Origin: an archaeon
GTDB taxonomy: Archaea > Iainarchaeota > Iainarchaeia > Iainarchaeales > CSSED10-239
Length of the DNA stretch: 32,000 nt
Reading direction: 5' to 3'
Assembly (NCBI GenBank): GCA_035390665.1
Contig: DAOOUC010000005.1
Span: forward strand, 1 to 32,000
In this document: positions 16,903-26,332 of the stretch, piece after piece
Numbering within the stretch: position 1 is the first letter of the stretch
Layout: each line of letters starts with the position of its first letter
The notes under the pieces: generated by a model
Told to the model about the DNA's origin: nothing
Databases searched by the model: none
What the model saw: only the letters and a program-made list of their open reading frames with translations
Program-made: the position numbers and the translations under genes

Positions 16903-17349
16903 TTAAACGATACAATTTATAAAATTCTCTATTTCTTTAACAATTGTTAAAACTTCTATTCTTGAAAGTCCGTCGTTTGCTTTAATAAAATAAACTCTAT
17001 CTAGATTTTTAAAAATTATTTGCCAACCATTTGCTTCAATTAAAATTATAGACATATCTTTTATTTCTGAATTAATATAATTATACATTGCCGCACTTTT
17101 AAATCCTTCTTTTATGTCTTTGTTTGTACTTCCAATAATTATTCCATCAGTATCTGTTATTATTACATCATTAATTAGATGTTTTAATCTTAATTTTTGT
17201 AAAAAATCAGTCAAATCAGAAGAATGAATAAATATTGGCTTATATTCTAAAAGACTAGATATTGCATTTTCATTTTTTCTATCTTCAATATTTAATATTT
17301 TTGTTGATAATTTTGTAAAAAATTTTGTAAATAATGCCATTTTTGTCAC
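16903..17349 (-). CDS. Roadblock/LC7-like small protein
   Basis: 'INDVIITDTDGIIIGSTN...' resembles roadblock core beta-hairpin; overlaps upstream gene by 4 nt. Confidence 0.4.
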   Translation of the reverse strand: MTKMALFTKFFTKLSTKILNIEDRKNENAISSLLEYKPIFIHSSDLTDFLQKLRLKHLINDVIITDTDGIIIGSTNKDIKEGFKSAAMYNYINSEIKDMSIILIEANGWQIIFKNLDRVYFIKANDGLSRIEVLTIVKEIENFINCIV

Positions 17350-17846
17350 TCTCTTAATAAATCATTTAAATTAAAATTATTTATAATTTCTTTATTAGAA
17401 ATTTCTGTTTTTATTTTGTCTGATAACAACAGTTCTATTTTCTTTTCATCATATTTTAAATTAATAAATATTGACTTTTTCTTTTTGTCAGAAATATTTA
17501 ATTGATATTTTATTTTTTCATTAAATAATAGAATTAATTTAATTTGATCTTGGGTGAGAGCAAAAATATTTAACATTCCTTTATTTAATCCATAACTGTT
17601 TAAACAATATAAAATTGCATCTTTGCCGTACAATTCAACATCATAACCAGTGATTAAAAAAATAGAACCTACAATTTGTCCTTTTGATAAAATAAGAATA
17701 GATTCTTCAAATCCGTATTTTCCTAGAACAGTCAAATAACAATACCCATCAAAATTTTTCTCACTTAAATCTAAAAATAATTTATGAGAATCAATCTTAT
17801 CCAATGGAACGTTTCTAACTATCGGATTAATTACAGGTAAATTCAT
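17346..17846 (-). CDS. DUF2226-like archaeal protein
   Basis: 'SILILSKGQIVGSIFLITGYDVELYGKDAILYCLNSYGLNKGMLNIFALTQDQIKLILLFNEKI' resembles archaeal DUF2226 proteins. Confidence 0.45.
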   Translation of the reverse strand: MNLPVINPIVRNVPLDKIDSHKLFLDLSEKNFDGYCYLTVLGKYGFEESILILSKGQIVGSIFLITGYDVELYGKDAILYCLNSYGLNKGMLNIFALTQDQIKLILLFNEKIKYQLNISDKKKKSIFINLKYDEKKIELLLSDKIKTEISNKEIINNFNLNDLLRE

Positions 17847-17864
17847 ATATTTTAGCCTATTTTA

Positions 17865-18323
17865 TTATTTAATGAAAATCACTCTATCCACTGTGTTTTT
17901 TAAAGCAACCGCTGAGCCGTCTTCTACTAAATATACGACTGTTTTTTTGCCTTGTCTTTTTGCTTTTAAGATTGCAGGTAAATAATCTGAGTCTCTTGTT
18001 ATAAAGACAACCGTGTCTATCTCTTTGCTAAATGCTGCTTCTGTGGCATCAACTGCCATTGCAACATCAACATCTCCCACAGTTATTACACTTTCAAAAC
18101 CAATATTAACAACTGCTTCAATAAGTTTATCAGTTGCATATTGATCTAAATAAACTCTAGCAATCTTTAATGGCCCCTCTTTTTGCAATTGAGATTTAAT
18201 TTTGAATAAATCAATGTTAAATTCTTTCCTTAACATATTTGGCCCATCTACAAAAACTGCAATATTATTTCTATTTGATTCTTTGTGTTCTTTTTTAAAA
18301 AGCGATTTTAATATTTTAAACAT
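17865..18323 (-). CDS. NYN/PIN-like domain protein (LabA/TIGR00288-type)
   Basis: 'NIAVFVDGPNML', 'DVAMAVDATEAAFSKEIDTVVFITRDSDYLPAILKAKRQGKKTVVY' acidic NYN residues. Confidence 0.85.
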   Translation of the reverse strand: MFKILKSLFKKEHKESNRNNIAVFVDGPNMLRKEFNIDLFKIKSQLQKEGPLKIARVYLDQYATDKLIEAVVNIGFESVITVGDVDVAMAVDATEAAFSKEIDTVVFITRDSDYLPAILKAKRQGKKTVVYLVEDGSAVALKNTVDRVIFIK

Positions 18324-18484
18324 TTTCTGTCAACTCTTTTTTTCTGTTAATTAATGCTATACTATTAAATATATTTGTGAATAGTATATTTATTGTTAAA
18401 CAAAACATATTTAAAATATATTTATACTTAAATATATAGTATTTTAATTTTAAATACGAATTTTTTATACAAATTGGTGAAATT

Positions 18485-18877
18485 ATGAGAGATTTTGAAA
18501 TAAAATTCATGTCCTTAGGACAAGTCAAAGAAAAACAATATATATTAATAGATGATGTAATTTGTAAAGTAGATACAATCACAAAATCAAAACCAGGTAA
18601 ACATGGTGCTGCAAAAGTTAGACTTACAGCAACTGCAGTATTTACTGGATCTAAAATGAATCTATTAAAACCAAGTTCAGAAGATGTAGAAATTCCTATT
18701 CTTGATAAAGGAAATGCACAAATTATTGCAGACCTTGGAAATAAATATCAAATAATGGATACAGCAAATTACCAAACATTAGAAGTGGACAAAGACGAAT
18801 TTACAGATTTAGTTTCTGGTTCTGAAATTGAATACCTTAAGGCCGGGTCTTTAATCAAAATATCAAGAAAGAAATAA
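18485..18877 (+). CDS. eif5A: Translation initiation factor 5A (hypusine-containing)
   Basis: 'SKPGKHGAAKVRL' hypusination loop; GGTGAAATT upstream of ATG. Confidence 0.93.
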   Translation: MRDFEIKFMSLGQVKEKQYILIDDVICKVDTITKSKPGKHGAAKVRLTATAVFTGSKMNLLKPSSEDVEIPILDKGNAQIIADLGNKYQIMDTANYQTLEVDKDEFTDLVSGSEIEYLKAGSLIKISRKK

Positions 18878-18906
18878 TTTCTTTCTTATATAAAATTGAT
18901 TATTAA

Positions 18907-19623
18907 ATGGCTACTGCATTAACTCATATTGCTTTTGTAAATGATTTAAAGAAAAATAATTCTGCTGTTTTTAAAAAATTAAATATTAATTTTGTTTATT
19001 CTGGTGCTTTATTTCCAGACTACTATGGTTTCTATAAAATTCAACTTAAAAAAAATTATGAGATTGAAAAAATTATAAAAAACAAAAATGGAATTGTATT
19101 TGGAAAAAAGATGCTTCGTATTGCACAAACAAAAGAAGAAAGATCTTTTGCAGTTGGATTTATTACTCATTCTGTTTTAGATGAATTCTTTCATAAATAT
19201 TTAAGAAAAATCAATGCGAGTATTGAAGAGCATCTTATGTTAGAGTTTTTTTATGATTGTAAATTTAGAAAACTAAAAATTCCTGTTGTTGTGTATCCTA
19301 CTAAACTTATAGAGAATACACTAAAAAAATATTATTCTGAAGAATTATATAAAAAAAAAGATATAACTAAGATTAAACTGTTTTTTTATTATTTGTTTTT
19401 AAAAGAAATTCAGACTCAAATTATTTATAAAAAATATTTAGACAAGAAAATGTCATATATAGATATTGTTTCTAAATTATTCTATAGAGGTCAATTTGAT
19501 TTAAGTAAATTATTACAACCAGATTTAGAATTTAAAAAAAAACATTTTAAAAATTTAGAAACAGCTTATGTTAAAGCACTAACAAAAAATCAAAAGATTT
19601 TAAATAAGTTAAATGTCAGTTAA
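18907..19623 (+). CDS. Zinc-dependent phospholipase C-like protein
   Basis: 'ALTHIAF', 'SGALFPDYYG', 'SFAVGFITHSVLDEFFH' metal ligand pattern. Confidence 0.55.
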   Translation: MATALTHIAFVNDLKKNNSAVFKKLNINFVYSGALFPDYYGFYKIQLKKNYEIEKIIKNKNGIVFGKKMLRIAQTKEERSFAVGFITHSVLDEFFHKYLRKINASIEEHLMLEFFYDCKFRKLKIPVVVYPTKLIENTLKKYYSEELYKKKDITKIKLFFYYLFLKEIQTQIIYKKYLDKKMSYIDIVSKLFYRGQFDLSKLLQPDLEFKKKHFKNLETAYVKALTKNQKILNKLNVS

Positions 19624-21282
19624 ATCTATTTCAAATGCAACTACTGGCATTGAATACTCAAAATTAACAATAACGCTTGGGTCCATTTCTCCAATGTGGC
19701 CCACAATTTTATCATTTATTAAAATATCAGCTGAACGCCCTTTTATATAAAATGGTTTTTCTGATTCTTTTAATTCTAAATGCAAACCAAAGACATTTAA
19801 TAATGATAGAACAACAGAAGACATTTCTGTAATACTTACTTTAGAATTTGCAGTCATTGCTGACAAGTATAGTTTTTGTTTTGCTCTGGTCTCTTCTTTA
19901 TTATCTGGAACGATAACATAATTACAAACAAAAATATTTTGTGGATAAGATATGTGTTGATTATTTTTTAAAATTTTAAATAATTTAGATAAGTGACTTG
20001 AAGAAATTATATCTATTTGCTTATCTTTAGAGTATCCCAATTCTATTGCTTGTTCTTTTTTATATTTTAAATTAAAATTATCAAAAGATTCTTTTTTACT
20101 GGATAATGATAATGGACTTACTTCAATAAAACCTAATTGAACCATTATATCTATTATATTTTCTTGTTTTATTGTCTCAGGTAAGATTGAACCGACAGTA
20201 AAAACTTTTGGTAATTTAAAATGAATATTATTATATCCATATGCTCTTGCGATATCATCTATAATGTCTACTTCATGTAGTACATCAGTTCTAAAAACCG
20301 GGATAGTTACTTCTATTTTATCTTTTCCAAATTTCTTACATTTATAATACATTTTTTCTAAAAGAGCGCATGCAGAATCAATATCAATATTTATACCTAT
20401 AAGAGAATTAATGTGGCTTAAAGAAATAAGTCTTTTTTCTTCTTCAAATAGAGGTGTTATTTTTGATTTAATATTGTATGCTTTATCATAATTTATTTCC
20501 ACACCGTGAATCTCTCCTCCAATATCTGAGAATACACAACAAATTATATTTAATATTTGATTCAATCTATTTATGTCAGAACCGGAACACTCAATAAATA
20601 CTTCTTTTGTATTTTCTGTAATTTTTCCTGTATCTTTTGAATTAATTATTGGTGGCATTGACAAAATTTGTTCTGTACTATCCATAAATACAGGATATTT
20701 ATCAAAAGACTCAAGAAGATAAGAATATTCTTTTCCTGTTTCTGTTTCTTTTAAAATATCTCTTCCATTCATTTCTTTTGATTCGCCTAAAGGCACAAAT
20801 AATATTTCTTCTGGCTTTTTTGCAACAAAAGAAATTGGAAAAGTTATTTTTTCCATAGGATATATGCCTATAGCAGCAATTGTTCTTTTTCTTCCTAAGG
20901 TTAAATGTAATTTTTCTTGAATATTAATTATTTGTTTTAATTTATCAGAATCTAATTTTAAATTCTTTATAACTGCACAAACACTGTGTGGTCTAACTTC
21001 TTTAACAGATTCTTTTATATTTAAAACATAATTGCTTTTTTTTACAGAATAGGTTTTTTGCTTTTCTACTCCGGTATATACTTTTAAAACTCTAAGTAAT
21101 CCTTCCTTTGATAATAAATCTACTCTTTCTGCAGTGACTTCTATCTTTATTTCGTTTGTATCTTTATTATAACTATCAATTTCTAAACCATAATTAAATA
21201 GCATTTCATCGAATTCTTCTAGAGAATAATCTTTATTCAATTCTTTTTTTATTTCTCTAAAATCTAAATCTATTGTTGCCAT
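19609..21282 (-). CDS. pheT: Phenylalanyl-tRNA synthetase beta subunit, archaeal type
   Basis: 'DLDFREIKKEL', 'GLEIDS', 'NYVIVP', 'DIIDDIARAYGYNNI'. Confidence 0.93.
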   Translation of the reverse strand: MATIDLDFREIKKELNKDYSLEEFDEMLFNYGLEIDSYNKDTNEIKIEVTAERVDLLSKEGLLRVLKVYTGVEKQKTYSVKKSNYVLNIKESVKEVRPHSVCAVIKNLKLDSDKLKQIINIQEKLHLTLGRKRTIAAIGIYPMEKITFPISFVAKKPEEILFVPLGESKEMNGRDILKETETGKEYSYLLESFDKYPVFMDSTEQILSMPPIINSKDTGKITENTKEVFIECSGSDINRLNQILNIICCVFSDIGGEIHGVEINYDKAYNIKSKITPLFEEEKRLISLSHINSLIGINIDIDSACALLEKMYYKCKKFGKDKIEVTIPVFRTDVLHEVDIIDDIARAYGYNNIHFKLPKVFTVGSILPETIKQENIIDIMVQLGFIEVSPLSLSSKKESFDNFNLKYKKEQAIELGYSKDKQIDIISSSHLSKLFKILKNNQHISYPQNIFVCNYVIVPDNKEETRAKQKLYLSAMTANSKVSITEMSSVVLSLLNVFGLHLELKESEKPFYIKGRSADILINDKIVGHIGEMDPSVIVNFEYSMPVVAFEIDLTDI

Positions 21283-21291
21283 TTTATCACA

Positions 21292-22785
21292 TTATTCTAT
21301 CGAAGGAACTATATATTCCCTTAACCACTCTATGTTTGCATCATTACCGTGTATATCTTTAATTGGTTTTTGATAAATAAACATTGCAAGTCTTTCAACT
21401 CCAAATCCCCATGCAATTACTGTTTTGTTGATCCCAAATGGTGCTAATGATTCTGGTCTAAATATTCCTGCATTAATTAATTCTATCCAAGTATTTGTTT
21501 TTTCATGATAACCACTTGCTTCAACACTTGGCTCTGTATATGGATTATATGTTGGTTTAAATCTTACTTTAGTTATCCCAAACTTACTAAAGAACTCTTT
21601 TATAAATGCCATTAAATCAGCTAAAGACAATTCATCACCAATAATAAATCCTTCAGCTTGATGAAATTCAGGTAAATGAGTGTAATCAATTGTTTCATTT
21701 CTAAAAACCTTATCAATACAGAAATACTTAGAATTTTCTTTTTCCTCTAAACTTAAATTATAGAATGTACGATAAGTTGTTGCAGTTGTGTGTGTTCTTA
21801 AAAGTAATTTCTTTGCAATCTGTTCATTCCAATCATATTGATATCCTTTAGAACCTGTTTTCCATCCGTTATTGTGTATTTCTGAAACCTTTAATATTAA
21901 ATCTTTATTTTTAGGTAAGTCTCCTGTTTCATTTAAATAAAAGGTATCTTGCATATCTCTTGCTGGGTGATTCTGAGAAATAAACATCGCATCCATATTC
22001 CAAAAACTAGTTTCAACATAAGGCCCTTTCATTTCTTTAAATCCCATTTGTAAATAAACATCTTTAATTCTTCTTGAAATTAATCTAAGTGGATGTAGTC
22101 GGCCCATTTCTTTAGCTGGAGGCAATTTAGTTACATCAAATTCTTTGAATTCTGTTGTTTTATACTTCTCTGTTCTTAACATCTCTGGGGTTAAATATAA
22201 TTCCTTATCTTCAAGTATTTCATAATTTATTATATTTAATAATTTATATTTCTTATTTTGTTTTTCTTTTTTAATAATAAATTCTTTTCTTTTTAGTAAG
22301 TCTTGTATTTGTGATTCTGAAATAATTTGATTATTTTTTATTGCATCTAATATCTTTTTTTGCTCTTCTACTATTTGCTTGTATTTTGAATCTACATTTA
22401 TTATTCCATTTTCTATAATTAAAAAACCTGCTTTTTTAGAGATACCAAATGCTAATGTAATATCTTCTTTCTTTAAATTTGGAATATTTAAATTATTTAA
22501 TTGAGACACATTAATTTTATTTGTTGACAAATAATCACAGAATCTCTCTTCTATAAAACCATTTTCTAATGCATCAATTCCATTTACGTCTAATTCGTAT
22601 ACATTATAATTTTCTGTAATTTCTTCTATTACCCCATTTAATTTCAGGGTTTCTATTGATCTTCTTATCTTGTCTTTTTGAGAATCAGTATTTAATATAT
22701 CATCTAAAGAAATCTCTTTTTCTTTTTTTATTAACTCATATACTTTTGCATCTATTTCTGTGAAATTCAAAACCATAAATACCAT
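21292..22785 (-). CDS. pheS: Phenylalanyl-tRNA synthetase alpha subunit
   Basis: 'HPLRLISRRIKDVYLQMGFKEMKGPYVE', 'FRNETIDYTHLPEFHQAEGF', 'GWGFGVERLAM'. Confidence 0.95.
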   Translation of the reverse strand: MVFMVLNFTEIDAKVYELIKKEKEISLDDILNTDSQKDKIRRSIETLKLNGVIEEITENYNVYELDVNGIDALENGFIEERFCDYLSTNKINVSQLNNLNIPNLKKEDITLAFGISKKAGFLIIENGIINVDSKYKQIVEEQKKILDAIKNNQIISESQIQDLLKRKEFIIKKEKQNKKYKLLNIINYEILEDKELYLTPEMLRTEKYKTTEFKEFDVTKLPPAKEMGRLHPLRLISRRIKDVYLQMGFKEMKGPYVETSFWNMDAMFISQNHPARDMQDTFYLNETGDLPKNKDLILKVSEIHNNGWKTGSKGYQYDWNEQIAKKLLLRTHTTATTYRTFYNLSLEEKENSKYFCIDKVFRNETIDYTHLPEFHQAEGFIIGDELSLADLMAFIKEFFSKFGITKVRFKPTYNPYTEPSVEASGYHEKTNTWIELINAGIFRPESLAPFGINKTVIAWGFGVERLAMFIYQKPIKDIHGNDANIEWLREYIVPSIE

Positions 22786-23594
22786 TACTTATTTTTTTTA
22801 CTTACAAATTCAAAATCTACAATTTCGTTAATTTGTTTTCTTGGTTTAATAACAGAGTGCTTTGTAATAAATTTTTTTATACCATTATTTACTCTATTTC
22901 TGAAAATCAATAAAATTAAAACAATTATAAGAATTATAAATAAAACTGTAAAATATGATTTGTTAAGATAATCTTTTGAAAAAATATTAGATACAACAAA
23001 TGTTGGCTTTGGTGGTTTTTTTTCAATTGCAATCAATCTTAATTCATTTGTAGAAATTCCACTCCAAATTATATTTCGATTATTTTGTGTTGCTTGAGGA
23101 GAAATGTCTCCTATAATCAAAGGATCATATAATGAAATTTCAACTTGGGATTCTTTAGGTATGTTGAATAAACCATTTACTACAAATTGCCTAAATAAGT
23201 TTTCATTAAATCTCCAAATTATTTGATCTTGATAATCCAAATATTTTATTAAACTTAAATCATATAATTCATATTCTATTCTTAATGAGGCATTAACTTC
23301 ATCAAAAGAAATTTTTATGTTTTTTATTTTGTCTTCATTAATATATATGTGCGGGGTAATGTCTGGATTTATTTTTTGTAGCTCTATTAAATCTGTACTA
23401 GATTTTAAAATCTTAGATTTAAAATCAGATAATTCAGATAAATCACCATAATTAATTTTCCAAATTTCTATAACTTTAGAGTTTGTTGGAGAATAAACCT
23501 CTACAGAAATGTCAAAACTATCTAAAGATAATGAGTATACGGGCATTAATAAAAATAACACCCCTATCAAAATCAATATGTGTTTTGTATTCAT
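22785..23594 (-). CDS. Signal-peptide and C-terminal TM containing surface/membrane protein, unknown
   Basis: Signal-like MNTKHILILIGVLFLLMPVYS; C-terminal TM YFTVLFIILIIVLILLIFRNR. Confidence 0.6.
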   Translation of the reverse strand: MNTKHILILIGVLFLLMPVYSLSLDSFDISVEVYSPTNSKVIEIWKINYGDLSELSDFKSKILKSSTDLIELQKINPDITPHIYINEDKIKNIKISFDEVNASLRIEYELYDLSLIKYLDYQDQIIWRFNENLFRQFVVNGLFNIPKESQVEISLYDPLIIGDISPQATQNNRNIIWSGISTNELRLIAIEKKPPKPTFVVSNIFSKDYLNKSYFTVLFIILIIVLILLIFRNRVNNGIKKFITKHSVIKPRKQINEIVDFEFVSKKNK

Positions 23595-23711
23595 AATTTA
23601 CTTCTTTTAATGTTTATTAATATAATATATTGTATAATAATATTTATAAAAACCAAGTATTTACCTTTTTTAGAACAATGCTTTATATACTTTTGCAACC
23701 TTACATTATAT

Positions 23712-24401
23712 ATGAGTTTAAAGATTAAGTATTTGGGGCATTCTTCTTTTATAATTAACATGAATGGAACAAATATCTTAACTGATCCTTATTTTGATAA
23801 TAAACAAGTTTGTAGTTATAATAGACTTATTGATTGTGCACTTACAATAGATAAGCTTCCACCAATTGATTCTATTTTAATTAGTCACGAACATTTTGAT
23901 GCATTTGATATTGATAACACTAACCTTTTAGTTAAGAAAAATAAGCCAAAAATAATTGCACATCAAAGTGTTTTAAATAAGATTGATGGCTTTGATTCTC
24001 TTAAGGTGCCAATTGATGAATATGAGAAAAAAACAATAAATGATGTTTGTTACTATGCACACCCTGCACACCATCCAACTTCTTTTTATCCATTAAGTTA
24101 TGTTGTTTCAGATAAAAAAAATAGTGTTTATTTTGCAGGAGATACATTCATGACTAGAGAACACGAAAACATTAAGGCAGATGTTGCAATCTTACCAATC
24201 GGCGGAAAAACAACTTTAGACTTAATTAGTGCTGTTAGTGTTGCAAAAAAAATTAGACCAAAATATTTAATTCCAATGCACTACAATACCTTTGATCATA
24301 TTAAACAAAATCCACTTGCTTTAAAAGAAAAATTTGAAGGCACAAGATATACTATTAAACCTGTAATTCTTGCACCTGGAAAAGAATGGAACTATAAGTA
24401 A
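23712..24401 (+). CDS. Metal-dependent hydrolase, UlaG/UPF0173-type beta-lactamase fold (start trimmed to MSLKIKYLGHSSF)
   Basis: 'LGHSSFIINMNGTNILTDPYF', 'ISHEHFDAFD', 'FAGDT', 'LIPMHYNTF'. Confidence 0.9.
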   Translation: MSLKIKYLGHSSFIINMNGTNILTDPYFDNKQVCSYNRLIDCALTIDKLPPIDSILISHEHFDAFDIDNTNLLVKKNKPKIIAHQSVLNKIDGFDSLKVPIDEYEKKTINDVCYYAHPAHHPTSFYPLSYVVSDKKNSVYFAGDTFMTREHENIKADVAILPIGGKTTLDLISAVSVAKKIRPKYLIPMHYNTFDHIKQNPLALKEKFEGTRYTIKPVILAPGKEWNYK

Positions 24402-25250
24402 TTATCTTATTACTTTATCCAATTCATAGAGTGCTTGACCCATATTTCTTTCATTCTTAGTAATCGAAGAACTAATTAGATTTAAGTTTTCTTTTAATGC
24501 CACACGATTCTGTGTTTTCATAAAAGATAACAAACATCTGCTTATAATTCTAGAATGTTGCTCTATATATTCTGGATTTTTTCTAGAAATTAATATATTG
24601 TGTTGGCGTATTCCTGATTTAATTGAATAATCTATTATTTCTAGAATTTCTTTTAATTTATTATAATCTATTTTCTTAGAATTATATTTTTTCATTAAAT
24701 AGACTTTTATCTTGTCGTGTGCTTCACTTAAAGAAGTCATATTTTTGCCATTTATTAATCTTTCTTGACTATTTAAGAATTTGGAAATCTCTGCTCTTTC
24801 TTTTGCTAGTCTGGCATTATTTAATGCAACTTCGTTTCTTTTTAATAATTCGTTATGCTTTTTTTTATCTATTATTATTCCTTCTTTTGTTTTTAAGGTA
24901 TTTGTTATAGTATCATTCTCTCTTGCTTGCTTAGTTGCTTCGGTTCTAGCTTTTGTTCTATATTCTAACAATAAAGCGTCTTTATAGGTGTTTGTTGCCT
25001 TTGGCTGATTTAGTAAATGCTCTCTCTGTCTTTCTATTTGCGCAACTCTGTTCCTTTTTTGTTGTAAATCTCTTTTTTGCTTTTTATTTAATTGTTCGTA
25101 ATAATTTTTCCAATCTTCTTTATTTGGTAAAGTAACTGTTTCATCTGCAAAAGATAAAACAACTCTTTCGGAATTTTTTTTGCTTTTTTCTCTCATTTTT
25201 TCTAAAGTTTTTGGAGCAATTCTTTTTGCGGGTCTTTTTGCCATTGCCAT
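24402..25250 (-). CDS. Uncharacterised highly basic helical protein, 282 aa
   Basis: Long ORF, K/R-rich N-terminus (MAMAKRPAKRIAPKTLEKMREKSKK); no family recognised. Confidence 0.55.
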   Translation of the reverse strand: MAMAKRPAKRIAPKTLEKMREKSKKNSERVVLSFADETVTLPNKEDWKNYYEQLNKKQKRDLQQKRNRVAQIERQREHLLNQPKATNTYKDALLLEYRTKARTEATKQARENDTITNTLKTKEGIIIDKKKHNELLKRNEVALNNARLAKERAEISKFLNSQERLINGKNMTSLSEAHDKIKVYLMKKYNSKKIDYNKLKEILEIIDYSIKSGIRQHNILISRKNPEYIEQHSRIISRCLLSFMKTQNRVALKENLNLISSSITKNERNMGQALYELDKVIR

Positions 25251-25308
25251 TTTTTCACCAATTTTTAAATTAATCTATAAAGATTATAGAAATAAAGATT
25301 TATAAAGA

Positions 25309-26250
25309 TTAATTATAATCTTCTATCTCTATTTCTTCAAGTGTTTTTGCAATTTTTATATTTTTATTTTTCTTTTGTAATTGTTTTTCTCTTTCATCCA
25401 AATCTGTATATTTCCCTGACAGATGTGTAAGATATATTGTTTTTATTTTTGCTCTTTTTGCAAATATCGGAATTTCTTCAGCAACTGCATGTTTTACTAT
25501 TTTTGCTTTTGCTTTATCTTCTTGAAAGAAAGTGCTTTCGTGTATCAATATATCGGAATCCATAACTTCTTTTGGAACTTTCTTTAAAACTTCTGTATCA
25601 CATAAATAGGCTATTTTTTTTCCAATCTTTTTATATTTATAATCCATAACTTCTTCTGGTTTTATTGTTTTACCATTTAATTTTATTGACTTGCCTTTTT
25701 GAAGTGCAGAAAATAATGGCCCTTCTGGTATCTTTAATTTAAGTGCTTTTGCTTTATTGAATTTTCCAATCTTATCTTTTATTTTAAAGATATAGCCGTT
25801 TGCTTTTATGTTATGGTCTAATGGAGTTGTTTCAACAACAATTTCTGAATTTTCAAAAATTTTACCTGTACTAACTTCTTTAATATTTATTTTATACCCT
25901 AGTGGATGCTTATGATTTCTAACCAAAGTCAAATTGATTAATTCTTCTATGTCTTTTTTATACCCCTTTGGAACAAATATATTAAGTTCAGTTGTTCTAT
26001 TATTAAGTTTAAAACTAGAGAGAAGACCAAATAAACCAAAATAATGATCTCCATGCAAATGTGTTATAAAGATATTATTAACTCTCATTGCACTAAAATT
26101 AGACTTCATTATTTGTTGTTGTGTGTTTTCTGGGCAATCAAATAAATAGCCTTGGCCATTATAATTTATTAAAAGGCTTGTTAGATTTCTTAAAGATGTT
26201 GGTGCTGATGCACAGTTTCCTAAAAATACAATTTTTATTTTATTAGACAT
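25309..26250 (-). CDS. rnz: Ribonuclease Z (start trimmed to MSNKIKIVFLGNC)
   Basis: 'VFLGNCASAPTSLRN', 'IFITHLHGDHYFGLFGLL', 'KIAYLCDT', 'HESTF', 'IYLTHLSGKY'. Confidence 0.93.
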   Translation of the reverse strand: MSNKIKIVFLGNCASAPTSLRNLTSLLINYNGQGYLFDCPENTQQQIMKSNFSAMRVNNIFITHLHGDHYFGLFGLLSSFKLNNRTTELNIFVPKGYKKDIEELINLTLVRNHKHPLGYKINIKEVSTGKIFENSEIVVETTPLDHNIKANGYIFKIKDKIGKFNKAKALKLKIPEGPLFSALQKGKSIKLNGKTIKPEEVMDYKYKKIGKKIAYLCDTEVLKKVPKEVMDSDILIHESTFFQEDKAKAKIVKHAVAEEIPIFAKRAKIKTIYLTHLSGKYTDLDEREKQLQKKNKNIKIAKTLEEIEIEDYN

Positions 26251-26332
26251 AAATATTATGTACACAAATATGTTTTTAATCAAATTGGAACATATATTAT
26301 ATACTAAGTTCTAATTAAAGTGGGTTATTTTT

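Noticed and set aside
16880-16915. N-terminal extension MYRLKLYKCEIK on the MinD ORF
   Set aside because: Conserved ParA/MinD proteins begin at the MGEIIAIVSGKGG region and a GTGAAAT motif precedes that ATG; the extension overlaps the upstream gene.
18316-18582. 88-aa minus ORF overlapping the aIF5A start and intergenic region
   Set aside because: Antisense to aIF5A and spanning an AT-rich divergent promoter; composition looks like random translation.
23580-23711. 44-residue N-terminal extension of the UlaG-like hydrolase ORF
   Set aside because: Family proteins begin near 'MSLKIKYLGHSSF'; the upstream portion overlaps the divergent gene and promoter.
24719-25135. Three + strand ORFs inside the 282-aa basic protein gene
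   Set aside because: Leu/Phe/Tyr-rich translations typical of the antisense of Lys/Asn/Arg-rich coding sequence.
26251-26283. 11-residue extension of RNase Z (MIKNIFVYIIF)
   Set aside because: Canonical start region is MSNKIKIVFLGNC; extension translates promoter-like AT sequence.
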